Below are positions 13,296 to 26,731 of a stretch of 64,000 bases of DNA, piece after piece. The DNA is from Octopus vulgaris (lineage: Eukaryota), in contig OX597827.1 of assembly GCA_951406725.2 (NCBI GenBank), positions 33,418,001 to 33,482,000 of the forward strand, read 5' to 3'. Every line of letters begins with the position of its first letter. Positions within the stretch are counted from its first letter, which is position 1. Below the pieces are notes generated by a model. That model saw only the letters and a list, made by a program, of their open reading frames with translations, made no database searches and was not told where the DNA came from. The translations under genes were made by a program, and so were the position numbers.

Positions 13296-13495
13296 TCCTT
13301 TCTACTATAGGCACAAAGCCTGAAATTTTGTGGGAGGGCATAAATTGATTACATCAACCCTAGTACTCAACTGGTACTTATTTTATCAACCCTGAAAGGA
13401 TGATAGGCAAAGTTGGCCCAAGCAGCATTCGAACTCAGAATGTGAAGACATGAAATGCATTTCACCCAACGTGCTAATGATTCTGCCAACTCAAC
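13296..13495 (-). mobile_element. tRNA-derived SINE (same family as 57922-58139)
   Basis: Reverse-complement similarity to the 57922 copy (ctgagttcgaat box, ctttcagggttgataaa core, ttgtgcctatagtagaaag tail). Confidence 0.7.
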
Positions 13496-13862
13496 TAATA
13501 ATAGAAGCAGAATTATTAAAAATTAGAAATTAAATATCCCGAAGTTTTTATATTCACAAATTACTGTAATTGAGAAAGGGTGAATAAATTAATGTTATGT
13601 GCACAACATTATTTTAGGAAAGTGGTGTATCATTACAATAGCTACATACATACCTGTAGACTTTTACTTTGCTTTCTCCTTTGTTATGCTTTTGTTTTCC
13701 TCACATTAAACATCAATTAGGTGTCTAGTGTCTTAGGAAATCTGAAGAATATTTAGTCATCCATCATAGAACAGAATGAGGGACGGAATTATTTCCCTTC
13801 CTTAATTCTAACTATACCTGTTCTATGCTTCTACTGTCGAGAGATTAGAATAGACTCTATTC

Positions 13863-14645
13863 CAGTGTTTCCCAAAAATGGGACTGTGGCAAAATGCTGT
13901 GGGACCAGAGGGAAATTTTGGAATAGAGTGAAAATTACATCAATTTCTTCCTAAAATTTTCTATTACTGCCTGCAACTCTTTAAAATTTACACACCCTGC
14001 ATATTACATATCTTAATTTGCCATATCAATCATTTGATTGTTCAATAATAATTCATTAATGATTTATAAAGGATTGAGTTGGCAGTGGTAAGTCTGGTAT
14101 GACAGTCTTATCGCTCATGTCACTTCATTGAACTTTTGAAGTGTTGTAATGTTTCTGAGAAGTAAGTAGCTTTGAAAGCAATCCTAGCTATTGAATGTGA
14201 CAATCTGCCTTTCAGGTATATTTGAGATTTGCTGAACTAACAGCTTCAAGGTAAAAATGCAGATATTTTAAACTGTAAAGCGGCTACTAGTGCTTTCCTT
14301 GAAAAACATAATCTATTTAGGATGAATATTAGGTGTAAGGAGTCTACTTGTTTTCAATCTTGCCACTACCGAGGGGAGGCTGCAAGATGATATTTTAGTA
14401 TACATTGAACACTTAAAGAAATTACACAACGATATGGAAATTAGGCTTAAAGATTTCCTGGAAAGGAACATTCCAAGTTGATTGATGTTGATATTACATT
14501 GCAGTGTAATCAAAGTGTTCAACCTGAACTTAATTATCATAGGCAATTAGTGAAATTGCTATGAAATTCCCATTACTTTAGCAGGAAGTAAAATTATATT
14601 CCATTGCTTTTCCGACATCATACCTAGTTGAGTCAGAACTTTCCC
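13863..14645 (+). mobile_element. Decayed hAT (Buster/Charlie-like) transposon fragment
   Basis: CAGTGTTTCCCAA terminus at 13863; peptide relics LQDDILVYIEHLKKLHNDMEIRLKDFL and AFPTSYLVE (hAT C-terminal motif). Confidence 0.6.
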
Positions 14646-14960
14646 AAATCAGCCAGGCTGCCAAAGGGCTTAATCCGATTTTTTATGCAATTTTAAAAAA
14701 AAAATTTTTGTAATCTTTATTATTATAAATATAAAAATATTCGATGTAAATTAGATTAATAAATACATTTATTATTTACTTCCCTCAAAAATTTACAATC
14801 ACTTAGGTGTAAAATTATATTCCAGGTGATCCTCATTTTGTCCAATATTGAAAAATGTGCAAAACTGCAAATACAAAGGATTTTATATTCAACAAGTAAT
14901 TATATTTTTTACTCACTTAAGCCCTTCATTCCTGTGGAGTATGGGCCATAACATATAGAA

Positions 14961-15082
14961 TTTTCTCAATAAAACCAAGAGAAAATGATGTTTTATAAAC
15001 ACATTCTACCAGTATACGAAGTTTAAAACTTTTCAGTTACCTAGAAATTATGTTACAAAGTGCCGTTCAAAAGGAAAATCCC
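14961..15082. mobile_element. Solo right TIR of the GGATCTTTTCC family
   Basis: cacattctaccagtatacgaagttt...gccgttcaaaaggaaaatcc matches the right TIRs ending at 17017 and 25088. Confidence 0.7.
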
Positions 15083-15270
15083 TAACACAACCACCAGCTA
15101 AACACTATTAATTTAATAACTCTGCTACTATGATTAATATAATACTATATTATACCAATACCCGATCTAATGCAACTACCATTAAAAACTACCTCCTCCC
15201 ATCACTACTAGCAAGTTATACTTCGCTCGCTTTACCTCTGGCTTCATCTGCTAGAAATAGTAGCTAAATA

Positions 15271-16656
15271 GGATCTTTTCCTTTTGATGGACGGAATTTT
15301 CTAGTTAACTAAACAATTTGAAACTTCGTATACTCAAATCATTTGCTGCGTCTAAAAACGTAAACAGCACACACACACGTGTTATTCATCCTTCTCTCTT
15401 CTGTCTGTCTTCTGTCTTCTGCATGTGCTAGAAATAACAGCTATATCTCTTAAATCGATGAATTTCGTCGCCCAACAAAAATATTAACGATATTTTTTGA
15501 ATATTTTCTTTCTTTTTTTTTACCGAAAAGGCTTCTCCCATGGTTTTGAAGGGCCAGAAACAACAAAAACAAAACAATAATATGCCTAAATCGGTCTAGA
15601 GGGTGCGCGTGGAGTATGGGTCGTATTGTAAAAAATTGCGAAATATTTTTTCATAAAAGGATGCCCCAGCTTGTCGGAGGCTGTGATATAAATTGGGGAA
15701 AAAATCCTCGACACCAGTGTGTAATTGGTACTTAATTTATCGACCCTGAAACGATGAAACATTGCCACGCTTATATATTAATTACTATGTGCTTGTGCAA
15801 ATGTATATGCATGTGTTTGAGAGAGAGAGAGAGAGTGTGTGTGCAAGTGTACGTGTGTATGTATCTGAATATATGTGTGTGTGTGTGCGACGTGCGTCTG
15901 CTATGTTTCTTTATCAATATCGATATCGATAACGCAGCAAATGATTTGAGCTGAAATGCTGGCATTTCATTGGTTAAAATTCGAAGAATTAAACTACGTT
16001 AAACTTACAAAGTACAATTTTGTTTTCAATTTTGTTTACAATAATGGGCGAAGTTTCGCATGTCGTAGCGCAGATTTCCGTCGATTTCCGTAAAAAACTT
16101 TTATTTTTTTACATAAGTAATGAGAGCGAAAGAGACTAAGAGGAAGCGATTTTACGACGAGAAGGTTTCACTTTGAAGTCGGCCTGTGTGTGTTTGATGG
16201 GGTGTGGGAGACAGACAGTATGTTGTGTAAGTGAAGTGCTTCTGTTAGTGTGTGCGAAGAGACAGAGAGAGTAATGAGTGAAAGAGAGAGATAACTGATT
16301 TTTTACTCGGTGTATGTGTATATGTATGTATGCATGTATGTGTATATGTATGTATGCATGTATCTATGTATGTGTGTGTGTGTAAGTATGTGTGTGTGTA
16401 TGTATGTATGTATGGCCGATTCATCGTAATTTTTTACTCGGTGTATGTGTATATGTATGTCTGCATGTATGTGTGTGTGTGTATGTATCTATGTATGTGT
16501 GTATGTATGTATGTATGTGTGTGTGTGTATGTATCTATGTATGTGTGTGTGTGTATGTATGTATGTGTGTATGTATGTATGTATGGTCGATTCAGTGTAA
16601 TTTTTTACTCGGTGTATGTGTATATGTATGTCTGCATGTATGTGTGTGTGTGTATG

Positions 16657-16717
<61 letters not shown>

Positions 16718-17017
16718 ATCTGAATATATGTGTGTGTGTGTGCGACGTGCGTCTGCTATGTTTCTTTATCAATATCGATATCGATAACGCAGCAAATGAT
16801 TTGAGCTGAAATGCTGGCATTTCATTGGTTAAAATTCGAAGAATTAAACTACGTTAAACTTACAAATAAAAGTTTTTTACGGAAATCGACGGAAATCTGT
16901 GCTACTACAACCGAAACTATGCCCAATAATGTTTTCTTTTGACACATTCTACCAGTATACGAAGTTTCAAATTGTTTAGTTAACTAGAAAATTCCGTCCA
17001 TCAAAAGGAAAAGATCC
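15271..17017. mobile_element. Non-autonomous TIR element with GG..CC ends and 8-bp TSD (Merlin-like)
   Basis: About 60-bp near-perfect TIR GGATCTTTTCCTTTTGATGGACGGAATTTTCTAGTTAACTAAAC; exact TSD GCTAAATA at 15263-15270 and 17018-17025. Confidence 0.85.
16047..16923. mobile_element. Second GG..CC element nested in the right-TIR region of the first
   Basis: About 60-bp imperfect TIRs (ggcgaagtttcg..gatttccgtcgatttccgtaaaaaactttta); exact TSD CAATAATG at 16039-16046 and 16924-16931. Confidence 0.8.
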
Positions 17018-19329
17018 GCTAAATATTTAAAAATTATTATTTGCCGCCTTCTAAATAAAAGGCGAAATGGTCATTGTTAGACTGCTATTTGATCATCAAT
17101 ATGCTCAGTCAGGACCGACCTGGCGCTAAGCAATAACAAGAAGGAGCCTCTAAATGATCGCTTGACCTGCTAAAATAGCAAATAAATCTCAGCTCACGCC
17201 GGTACAAGTTTAAAAAATTGGTAGGACACAATACAGTGATAAATATGCAAAAACGTCAAGGCTTGCACAAGTACAACTGCTCCCACCTCCAATCCATTTT
17301 CATTACTGTATTACACCCTCCACCACCACCACTCTACTTCTCCGTCCCCCATCATCAGCATCATCTCTTTGCAAATATAATCCTCCTACTTCCTCAACTA
17401 AAACTACTAATACCACCACCAACACTCTGACTACACCGGCGCCACCAGTTTCGAGACACCTCTTATTACACCAAATAGAGCAACTGCAGCCTTAGTCCTG
17501 CTACTACTATCACTACTACAATAGTGACTACACCTCATACTCTTCCTCACCCGGGACATTGCTTACACTGCTCCTACCAGTAAACCACTCTCTCTCTTTC
17601 TCTTACTCTTTCTCTCTCCAGCTACTAATCTTCTCTATTACTTTGCTAAAACTGCCATCACCAATCATTACGATTGCCATTGCTGTATCCCCTACCGGCT
17701 ATAGCAATGGTACTACTTTTCCCTAATCTTTTCTTTCACCCGCACCTCTCTTTTACAGATACTTGCTTCCCTCACTTTTTCTATTGCTACTCTTTCGAGT
17801 TTTACACCATCCGTCACTATATTCTTCTATAATCTCTTATCTATCTTCCCCTCTCTCTAGCAAGCATTACGCTTCTATAATCAACACTAATATGTAGTAA
17901 GAGAGTGATGGCCGAACGGGAGGAAGAGAGAGAGGAAAGGTTTATGTGTGCGTGTCAGAGTATGTATGTATATATATATATATATATATGCATGTGTGTG
18001 TGTGTGCATGCGCGTATGTGTATATTTGCATATATAATCCTTGTTTGCATGTGTTTATGTAGTACAACTATCAGCTAGTCTGTCAAATGTGCTTGTACGA
18101 AGTGTGCATGTATATAAGAATGTAACTGTTCCTGTATATGTCGCGTTTTATTTGTGTGTGTCTGTGTGTGAGTATACATTTATGTAAAGAATAATCAATG
18201 GGTCTATTATTTGAAGGTAATTAATTATGGGGGACATTTGTTCATGAATGTGTTTATACCTTTCACTGTATGTATGTGTTTGTATATATGGATGTTTTAT
18301 TCATTAACTTAAAGAGTACTGCTAACTATGATAAAAAGGGATATAATTGTTGAATAGATAGGTGACAATGTAATGAGATGGCTAGGAAGTAAACGATTGA
18401 AACATGCAGTAATACAGTATAGGGTACAATAAGTAAAATTTACTGCATTTTTGACATTGAAAAAAAACTTTACAAATATTCACTACTTTACAAAAACTAT
18501 AACAGCTAAGCAAATGACCTTCTCTTAACGCATTAAGAACACTATTACATATTCTGAAATACTACTTCAGAAAATTATCACCGTTCTCTTTAAACATCTA
18601 AGGGACAAATTTAGCTGGAGCAATATAAGATAAAGATAGTTAAATTTGCCTCTTCAATTCTCCAGTATTACATTTGAGAAAAGACTCATACACATCAATA
18701 TTCATCCTTTGACATCAGAAACTCAGTTTTAAATTATCTAGGTCAAATGAAAGAAGATCATGGAAAAATGGCACATGATATGAAATCAACGAAACTCGAC
18801 ATAAAATATTCTTTATAGCTTCTTCACGATCTGTCGGAGTGTCTTTCTTCCTGATATATTTGTGCACCATGGAGTTAAAGAGAAGAAATTATTAAAATTA
18901 GTCATTACTCATTCTGCTCCATTTTAGACATCATTTTTTGAAAATTGAAGATTATTAAATTAGATATTAGCATGGGGAAAATGACTTGGGTTCCAACAGA
19001 GAAAAGAATATTGATTGTTAAATACTAAAAATTATCCAGAAATTTTAATTGCAACTTCAATTACAATCGGGTCAAACAAAATTCTTTTAAAAAATGTACC
19101 TGTGAGCTGGTTATGTTTCATACTCTCTCAACTTCAGTAACAATTATGCTGGCCAATTTTACTTCCAAAGATGATGCAACAGTATAAAATGATGCAATAC
19201 TTACAATATAATGGTGTGAAACAGGTCGGGAGAAAATAACGAGAAATTACTCATTTTCCAAGGAGACTCGTAATCCCCTTTAGTATTTGTCTTATGTTTA
19301 GTATTCAGTTTAGTATTAAGGAAGGCAAA

Positions 19330-20533
19330 GGCAGTTTAGTATTAAGGAAGGCAAAGTATCAGTTCAGAAATAGTAAAAGAAAACTTAACCATTTGCTCTA
19401 CATAGATGATTTGAAACTTTTACAGACTGTAAGACTCTTCAGCAAAAATTGAGAAAGAGTTCATCTGAAGGAAGCTAATGAAGCCAAAGCTAAATGTTTC
19501 GAATCTAGTGAAGGTTGTAAATACTTGGGCAGTATCGTTACTTAGATACTCAGCAGCTTTTGTGGATTGGACAAAATCTGAATTGGCAAAACTGGACAGA
19601 AGAACTAGAAATGAATTCAATATGAGTGGAGGACTCTACCCAAGAGCAGGAGTAGCAAAATTCATTTACCTAGAAAAGAAGTTGGAAGAGGGTTAATGTC
19701 AGTAGAAAACTGCGTGGAGTTAGCGAGAGTAGATATAGACTGCTATGTAGGTAATAGTGAAGAAAGCTTATTAAGAGCTGCTAGAGTTACAACAAAACAC
19801 AGGGAGCCCAAACATAGGGAAACCAAAAAGTCAAATGAAGTTAAAAACCAGAAAATTACAAATTGCATCAAATACAGAATAGACAGCACATTGAAAAGTG
19901 ATAAATGCAGAATTTGTGGTCAAAATGGTGAAATCGTATAGCATATAACCAGCCAATGTATGCCGCTAGTCCAGAAAGAATATAAGAGATCTCTTGACAA
20001 TATAGCAAGGATTATCCACTGAAACAAGTATGGATTTGACAGAGCAAAAAAAAGTGGTACGAACTTAAATCCGAAGGCAGCATCAAAAAATGATAATGCA
20101 AAGATCCTATGGGATTTTATGATTCAGTGCGACCATGAGATAGAGAAGAGGAAGCCAGACATAGTGTTAATTGAGAAAGAAAATAAACTATGCTGGATCA
20201 AAGATAGCTGACAACAAGGTATGCGATAAGGAAGAAAGAAAAGTCGATAGATATGACAGGTTAACTTGGGAGGTTAAGCAGTTGTAGTTGATGAAAAAGG
20301 TGGTAGTAGTACCAATAATTGTCGTAGATCTGGGAACAGTGAGTAAAAATGTTGAGAAGTACATGGAACAAATAGGGGCTGCAATAAGGGTGGAGCACTT
20401 GCAGAAAACAGCACTGCTTGGAACTGCTCGAATGCTCGAAAAATAAGAGTTAATTTAGTTCACTGGTAGTGAACAGCAGGCAGCATAGTGTTAGAAGCTG
20501 TGCAAAGACAATAATAATAATAATAATAATAAT
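19330..20533 (+). mobile_element. R4/Dong-like RLE non-LTR retrotransposon, 5'-truncated and decayed
   Basis: LNHLLYIDDLK, NTWAVSLLRYS, CRICG zinc knuckle, KPDIVL RLE motif and LQKTALLGTAR; ends in (TAA)n. Confidence 0.85.
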
Positions 20534-20539
20534 AAACAT

Positions 20540-20760
20540 AACAAGTAACTGCAGAATGTGAAGATGGGCAAGAGACAATAAATCATATTGTCTCTGGCTG
20601 CCCGGTCCTGGCTAAGAAGGAATATATTAACAGACACGACAGAGTTGGGACCTACATACACTGGAAGCTATGCCAACACTATGGAATAACAATAGAAAGA
20701 AGATCAGTAATGCTTGGAACTGCAAGAATTCTTCACAGGGTTCTTGAAGCATGACCAGTA
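20540..20760 (+). mobile_element. Additional R4/Dong-like fragment
   Basis: CRMC..ETINHIVSGCPVLAKKEY..RHD relic followed by LGTARIL. Confidence 0.7.
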
Positions 20761-23000
20761 AACAAGTGTCGTATACCAAAGCCTATTCCCCATTTTTTTC
20801 TTCAGGAGAGGTTAGCCACAGCAAGACACACCAGGCATTCCATTTATTTCCCAGCTCATAGGGGCGAGCCCCTTTCTATGCTCGGGTCAAGGCAAAGAAC
20901 GCAACCACCAATATCAGCAGCAGGGCCTGATTGCATATGATGGTTTACCCCCTCCTCCCCCGCCGCATCATGCTGATTCCATACCCCCTTTGAGCAACAT
21001 AAAAATTCACTCATCCATCCACAAACACTCTCCAAGCTTTTCTATCATTTATAAACTCTCTTGCCTCTTTCACTCCAACATCTCTAACTACCAAGGCTTT
21101 CCTCACTCCATCCATCCCCACAAACCGAGGGCTGCCTCTGGTTCTGCTGCTGGGGTTAATGCAGTTTTGCACCTTTCCTTGAAAAATGCATTTTTTTTTT
21201 CAGATTCCTATGTTTTGGATGTCGGAGATTACGAATATGCAAAATAAAAATGTTTAACCCCCACCCCACTACTCCCCACACCAGTTTAAAATTTTGAACT
21301 TTTTCGAAATTTTTTTCCCCTATATTTTAGATTACGGAGATTCCGGATATGCAAGAAACTACGTTTTGAAACTTTAACATTCAATAAGCATATAGATTGG
21401 TATATAAAGAGATAGATGGATATGAATGTCTTCCTGGGGCTAAAAACAACAGTAACTTCTATAGGACCGCCACATTTAGTTGACAAATATATTTTATGAA
21501 TAAACGGATAGGGATAAATAGATAGACAGACAAATAAATAAATGGATGAAAAAGTTCAAAATTTAAAATTGGGGGAGGCTAAAATTTGAGCCCGTTATTA
21601 AACTTTATAACATTAATTATTCAGAGTTGTTACACGACCCAGAGTATGGCAGTTTGATCCAGTTTTGTGTAGACCTAAACAACCAAAACTCAGTAAAAAC
21701 ATGCTATAGCTGCAGTATTATATATTTTGTGCCGCATATTTATAAAGATCCTCGAAAATGTCAATTTTTCAAAAAGTTACAATGTTTTCTTTAAATCTCT
21801 AAGGTATTTCACCTGTTTTCCTATACTTAACCTTTAAAGAAGATATTTTGCTCTTTATCTTTGCCTCAGTTGGATGCGTGGATATATCATCGTGTGGAGG
21901 ATGTCCTTGTTGGAACAATTCCCATGCCCTGCGTGGTGTAATATTAGAATTTTCCCGAAATATTTCCAGCTCTGTTGACTTGAATGGCTCATGAATTCCA
22001 CGGCTAACATTATACAATGTTGACTGTCCCTTTCTTTGCTTTGCCAACAAGGAAGAAATAACAGTTCAAATTTCTGTTTCCGATGGTAAATCCAAACGCC
22101 CAGGATGTTTACGTTTAAGTTCCACTGACATTTTACCTGGACCTCGTTTTCATTACCCAAATTAAACATATCAATAATTTCTTGTTTAAATGGACCCACA
22201 TACTTTCGACCATACTTATTACCGTGCTTTTCTTGTTCTTGCCCATCCTGCTTCAAATCCACAACACTCATGATTATGCTGGATTGCTTCATGAATGGGA
22301 TTAAACATCTTAAGTTCTTCAACATTTGAACTAATATTAATCACCTCAAATTGATGCTGTTCATCTATGTCTTTAGTATAAACAATAGCTTGACTGATTA
22401 AATCTTATTGTCCTAAGGCTCCCTTGCAATTATGGATTTCCATTTTGTCCCTACGACATAAATTACATTGAAGGGGATTTTCATCGTCTGATTCTATATC
22501 CGAATCATTAATATTTGATGCTACAGCAACTCCAAAACGATACTTGTCTGAGATATTCCCCTCAACGCCATCTATATATCTAAAACTGAGAATGTGTGTC
22601 TGTCTGTCTGTGTGAATCCCTAAAACTTGAGAACTACACAACCAATTTCATTCAAATTTTACACATGCCTTACTTAGGGTCCATGGAATGTCATGGACAA
22701 AAAAATCTTCAACTTCTTGCCTAGCGCGAGCCCACAGCAATATCATATCTTCTCCACTATTTCAGTATTACATGTTAAAAGTGAAACAAAAACATCTCTC
22801 TATTGTATGTATATGGATGTATTTATATATATATGTATAGCTGTATATGTATACATGTACATGTATAGATGTATTTCTATAGATATACATGTATATGTAT
22901 ACATGTATGTCTAGATGTATATATATATATATATATATGTACATGTAATATGTACACATATACATACATATATATATACACCCATACACACACACATACA

Positions 23001-23160
23001 TAGGTGCAGGTGTGGCTGTGTGGTAACAAACTTGGTTCCAAAACACATGGTCCTCAGTTCAGTCCCACTGTGTGGTAACTTGGCATGTGTCTTCTGCTAT
23101 AGCCTTAGACCAACCAAAGCCTTGTCAGTGGATTTTGTAGACAGAAACTGAAAGAAATCA
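23001..23160 (+). mobile_element. tRNA-derived SINE, second family
   Basis: A box-like gtggctgtgtggtaa and B box-like agttcagtcc; ends acagaaactgaaaga. Related copies at ~26935, 46323 and 57390. Confidence 0.75.
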
Positions 23161-23514
23161 ATTGTATGTATATATGTAAGTCTATGTGTGTGTCTTTGTG
23201 TTTCTCTCTTATCTCTGCTTCACAACTGGTGTTCGTTTATTTACATCCCCATAACTTACTGGTTTCACAAGAAGAAACTGATAGAATAAGTACCAGGCTT
23301 ATCAAAATATAAAAACGCACTACGCAGTGTCTCATATTTTTGTTTGCCCACTCAGTTGTATCTATAAATTTATCTTTGTGTGTGTATGTGTGTGTGTGTG
23401 CGTGCGCATGTGTGTGTGTGTGTGTGTGTACATATATATATATATATATGGATTTTGTAGACAGGAACTGAAACAAATCAATCGTATATATATGTATGTA
23501 TATATGTAAGTATA

Positions 23515-23755
23515 TGTGTTTTGGTATTGGCAACATGAATGACAATGGTCAGAGACTACTTGAATTTTGCACATACCATAACCTTTGCATCACCAATACA
23601 TTCTTTGCCAACAAGACATCCCACAAGGCATCTTGGAGACATCCAAGATTTCACCACTGGCATCACCTGGATCTCATCATTACACGAAGATCCTTTCTGA
23701 AATCTCTTCAACTGACCCGTAGTTACCACAGCGTGGATTGTGACACAGATCATTC
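23515..23755 (+). mobile_element. RTE/BovB-like AP-endonuclease fragment
   Basis: GNMNDNGQRLLEFC..TNTFF..WRHPR..LDLII..CDTDH. Confidence 0.75.
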
Positions 23756-24285
23756 ACTAGAGCTCCATCATTTTAACAGGTTCAATAAGACTGGAATTTT
23801 GGAATCTGTACATAAAAATCAGTAGTATGGGATACATGTGGCATGATTACAATTTTGGGGTGTAAAGAGGGAAATAACCCTCATCTGCAATTTTGATGAA
23901 ATTTGAAACACAGGTATTCCAGTTCATTACAGAAAATATAACAGAAAAGTCTAATTCTTCAATTGTATGTAACTCGGGCAACACCGGGTAACTTTGCTAG
24001 TAAACACTACATTTTGTTAAGCTGCCTCTACCTTTCTCTACAACACCAAAATCTTCAAAAGTGTCTGTATCAAATATTTCATTTTGATTGGAAGCACAAT
24101 CTTCTTCATCGGATTCGCTTTCACAATTTCCTTCATTTACATCGTTCGTAGTGCCATTGATAAGATTGTATGTTGCTGTCAATGGTAAGTTCGAATTTTA
24201 ATAAACTGAAGCGGAATTTCTTATCGAATCAAACTGTACTTCCATATGATCACCTATGTTTTGTAATTTTCCAATTACCTTCAAG

Positions 24286-25088
24286 GGATCTTTTCCTTTT
24301 GAACGGCAGTTTTCAACACAATTTCTAGTTAACTAAACACTTTAAAACTTCGTATACTGGTAGAACGTGTCAAAATAAAACATTTTTTCTCTTGGCTTTC
24401 TTGAGAAAATTGTAATTTGTAAGTTTAACGTAGTTTAATTTTTCGAATTTTAACCAATCAATCGCCTCTATTCAGCTAAAATCATTTGCTGCGTCTAAAA
24501 CTGAGACAACATCCTGTCACTGTTATGTTTACGTTCGGAAAGCGTGTGTATAAAATTATAGAATTATTTTGTTTGTTAATTGTTTAAATTATTTTCCATT
24601 GCTTTCATTTTAGCCTTTCGGTTTTTTTTTTCTTATGCAAAGGAAAATAGTTTAAACAATACACGTGTATCTCAAAACAAAAACTCAAAACAAAAACAAA
24701 ACGAATAATTTTAGACACACGCGTAACAATTAAATTAATTTAACAATTAAGAAAAAAAAAAACGAAAGGCTAAAATTTAGGGTTAGGGTTGGGGTTAGGA
24801 TTAGTGTAGGGTTAGGGTTAGGGTTAGTGTAGGGTTAGAGCTAGGGTTAGGGTTAGTGTCAGAATGTTGTCTCAGTTTTAGACGCAGCAAATGATTTTAG
24901 CTCAGTAGAGGCCATCGATTGGTTAAAATTCGAAAAATTAAACTACGTTAAACTTACAAATTACAATTTTCTCAAGAAAGCCAAGAGAAAAAAATGTTTT
25001 ATTTTGACACATTCTTTGATACGAAGTCTAAAAGTGTTTAGTTAACTAGAAAATGTGTTGAAAACTGCCGTTCAAAAGGAAAAGATTT
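24286..25088. mobile_element. Long-TIR (~235 bp) element of the GGATCTTTTCC family carrying internal TTAGGG repeats
   Basis: 24286-24520 is inverted to ~24856-25088; flanks CCTTCAAG/CCTCCAAG (8 bp, 1 mismatch); TTAGGG-like tract at 24777-24856. Confidence 0.85.
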
Positions 25089-26282
25089 CCTCCAAGTTTT
25101 CCTGTTCAAACAGTTCAACAATTATGCCACTGTATTACTTATACCGCCATTAACATTTAAAGATCAACTAATTCAACAGGAGTTATAACATCTGAACCCA
25201 TATTACAATGCATATGCACATGCCTCATAGCTGTAGCAAAATGAGCGTCGATACTGCCTTTACTATCTTGTACACGCGGCGGTGTTCAGTGAACAAATTA
25301 AAGACACTACCCGGCAGTGGCTAAAATGCGAAGCGATCAAGTTTATGTATCAATTTCCTTTTTAAATATTTATTTCCTTTCACACAATATTAAAACAACG
25401 ACTAACAATTTTCTGAAGTAGCACCCCAACTTATTTTTTGTTAATATAAAGATCTTCACCCGTGAACAAAAAAAAAATAATAATAACAACTATGAAGAAA
25501 ACGAGTATGAAAAAAAAATTGCGCTAACGACCCTGTGGGTGTGGGGTAGCAGAAGAGGACTTTCGGAAAATTCACAAGATCCTATTTTACCGTCATAACT
25601 TTCGGTAAAATGGATACAGTATAGATTTTTTTTTTTTTTACGGAATCCCACATTTTTGGTTATACACATACACACACTGATCTAAATTAAATTTTAATCA
25701 ACATTAGCTGCTTTGCGGTCACGGAGATATTCCGAATATTAAAAAAGCTGCAACCATATTCCGTTTTTTACCTAAGACTAAAATATTAACACAATAACTT
25801 GCCTAAAGGGTGCTAAAACAACTCTCCCTTTACAAAGTAAAAACTTACAATGTTATATACATGGCTGCGTGAACTTAATTTGTGACTTACAGGATGGACA
25901 GCCAGTGTCGAAATCTGAAGTATATTTAAAGTGTAATGTGTGAAGAAAGAACATAAGCAGTGTCAAAGTATAGTACATCTAAGACTATAAATGATATAAA
26001 TAGTGAATACTCTGAAAAAAAAAATGAACAAAGCTTTAGGGGAGACAACTCTAACATTTTATTTGAATTACCTCCCATCAATGTGCCGCATGGTTGTTTT
26101 CTATTATTGTGTTCACTTTCATATCGAATTCTGCTTCAATATTTAAACAGCAAAATTATTCCATATTTTCCTTTTCGTATTTTCAGCGTTCGATCGTTTT
26201 GGGCACTGGCTTAAATACAACATAAATAGCATTCATATCTATGATAGTGTTCGCGAGAAGATTCATTTTGCAATAATAATAA

Positions 26283-26440
26283 TCCTTTCTACTATGGGCA
26301 CAAGGCTTGAAATTTGTGAGGCGGAGGCTAGTCGATTACATTTACTCCAGTGTTCAACTGGTACTTACTTTATCGATCCCTACAGGATGAAAGGCAAAGT
26401 CGGTCTTCATGGTATTTGAACTCATATCGTAAACATGGAC
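26283..26440 (-). mobile_element. SINE (57922 family), partial
   Basis: tcctttctactatgggcacaaggc...ggatgaaaggcaaagtcg. Confidence 0.65.
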
Positions 26441-26731
26441 GTGATGTTTGTGGTGGAAGTTATAAGTTCAGCAAAAATTTAGATTCAGATGAATATGGTA
26501 CTTAAGTTGAGGCACCAGAATTTAGTATAGTATTATCCATACAATTTCAAAATAAGATGATTAGAATCTAAATAAGCAACAAGGATATCCACAGGTAATG
26601 CAGTATGATTGTTTCTAAGTGGAAGGAAGGACAACAATGTTATTTGTCTATCTCCTTAACTTCTTGGAGATTTTAGGCAAAATTATACTAATGTGTCCAT
26701 CTGTTTTAATTTAATTAAATTATATGTCTTT

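Larger units (their letters stand above)
22571..24000 (+). mobile_element. Non-autonomous Helitron
   Basis: A|TCTATATATCTAAAACTGAG start; 3' hairpin CTCGG-GCAACA-CCGGG then CTAG|T; no TSD. Contains a SINE and an RTE fragment. Confidence 0.85.
21799..25300 (-). pseudogene. Decayed transposase relic (Sola3-like), split by a Helitron and a TIR element
   Basis: QDSKGSIDAHFATAMRHV..GSDVITP..LNVNGG near 25150-25280 and GWARTRK..IIDMFNLG..LDLPSETEIRTVISSL near 22050-22250. The frame is restored across the Helitron site (KCSVY/GVEG). Confidence 0.55.

Noticed and set aside
18410-19230. Possible Tc1/mariner remnant starting TA|CAGT at ~18413
   Set aside because: No matching second TIR or catalytic motif could be confirmed.
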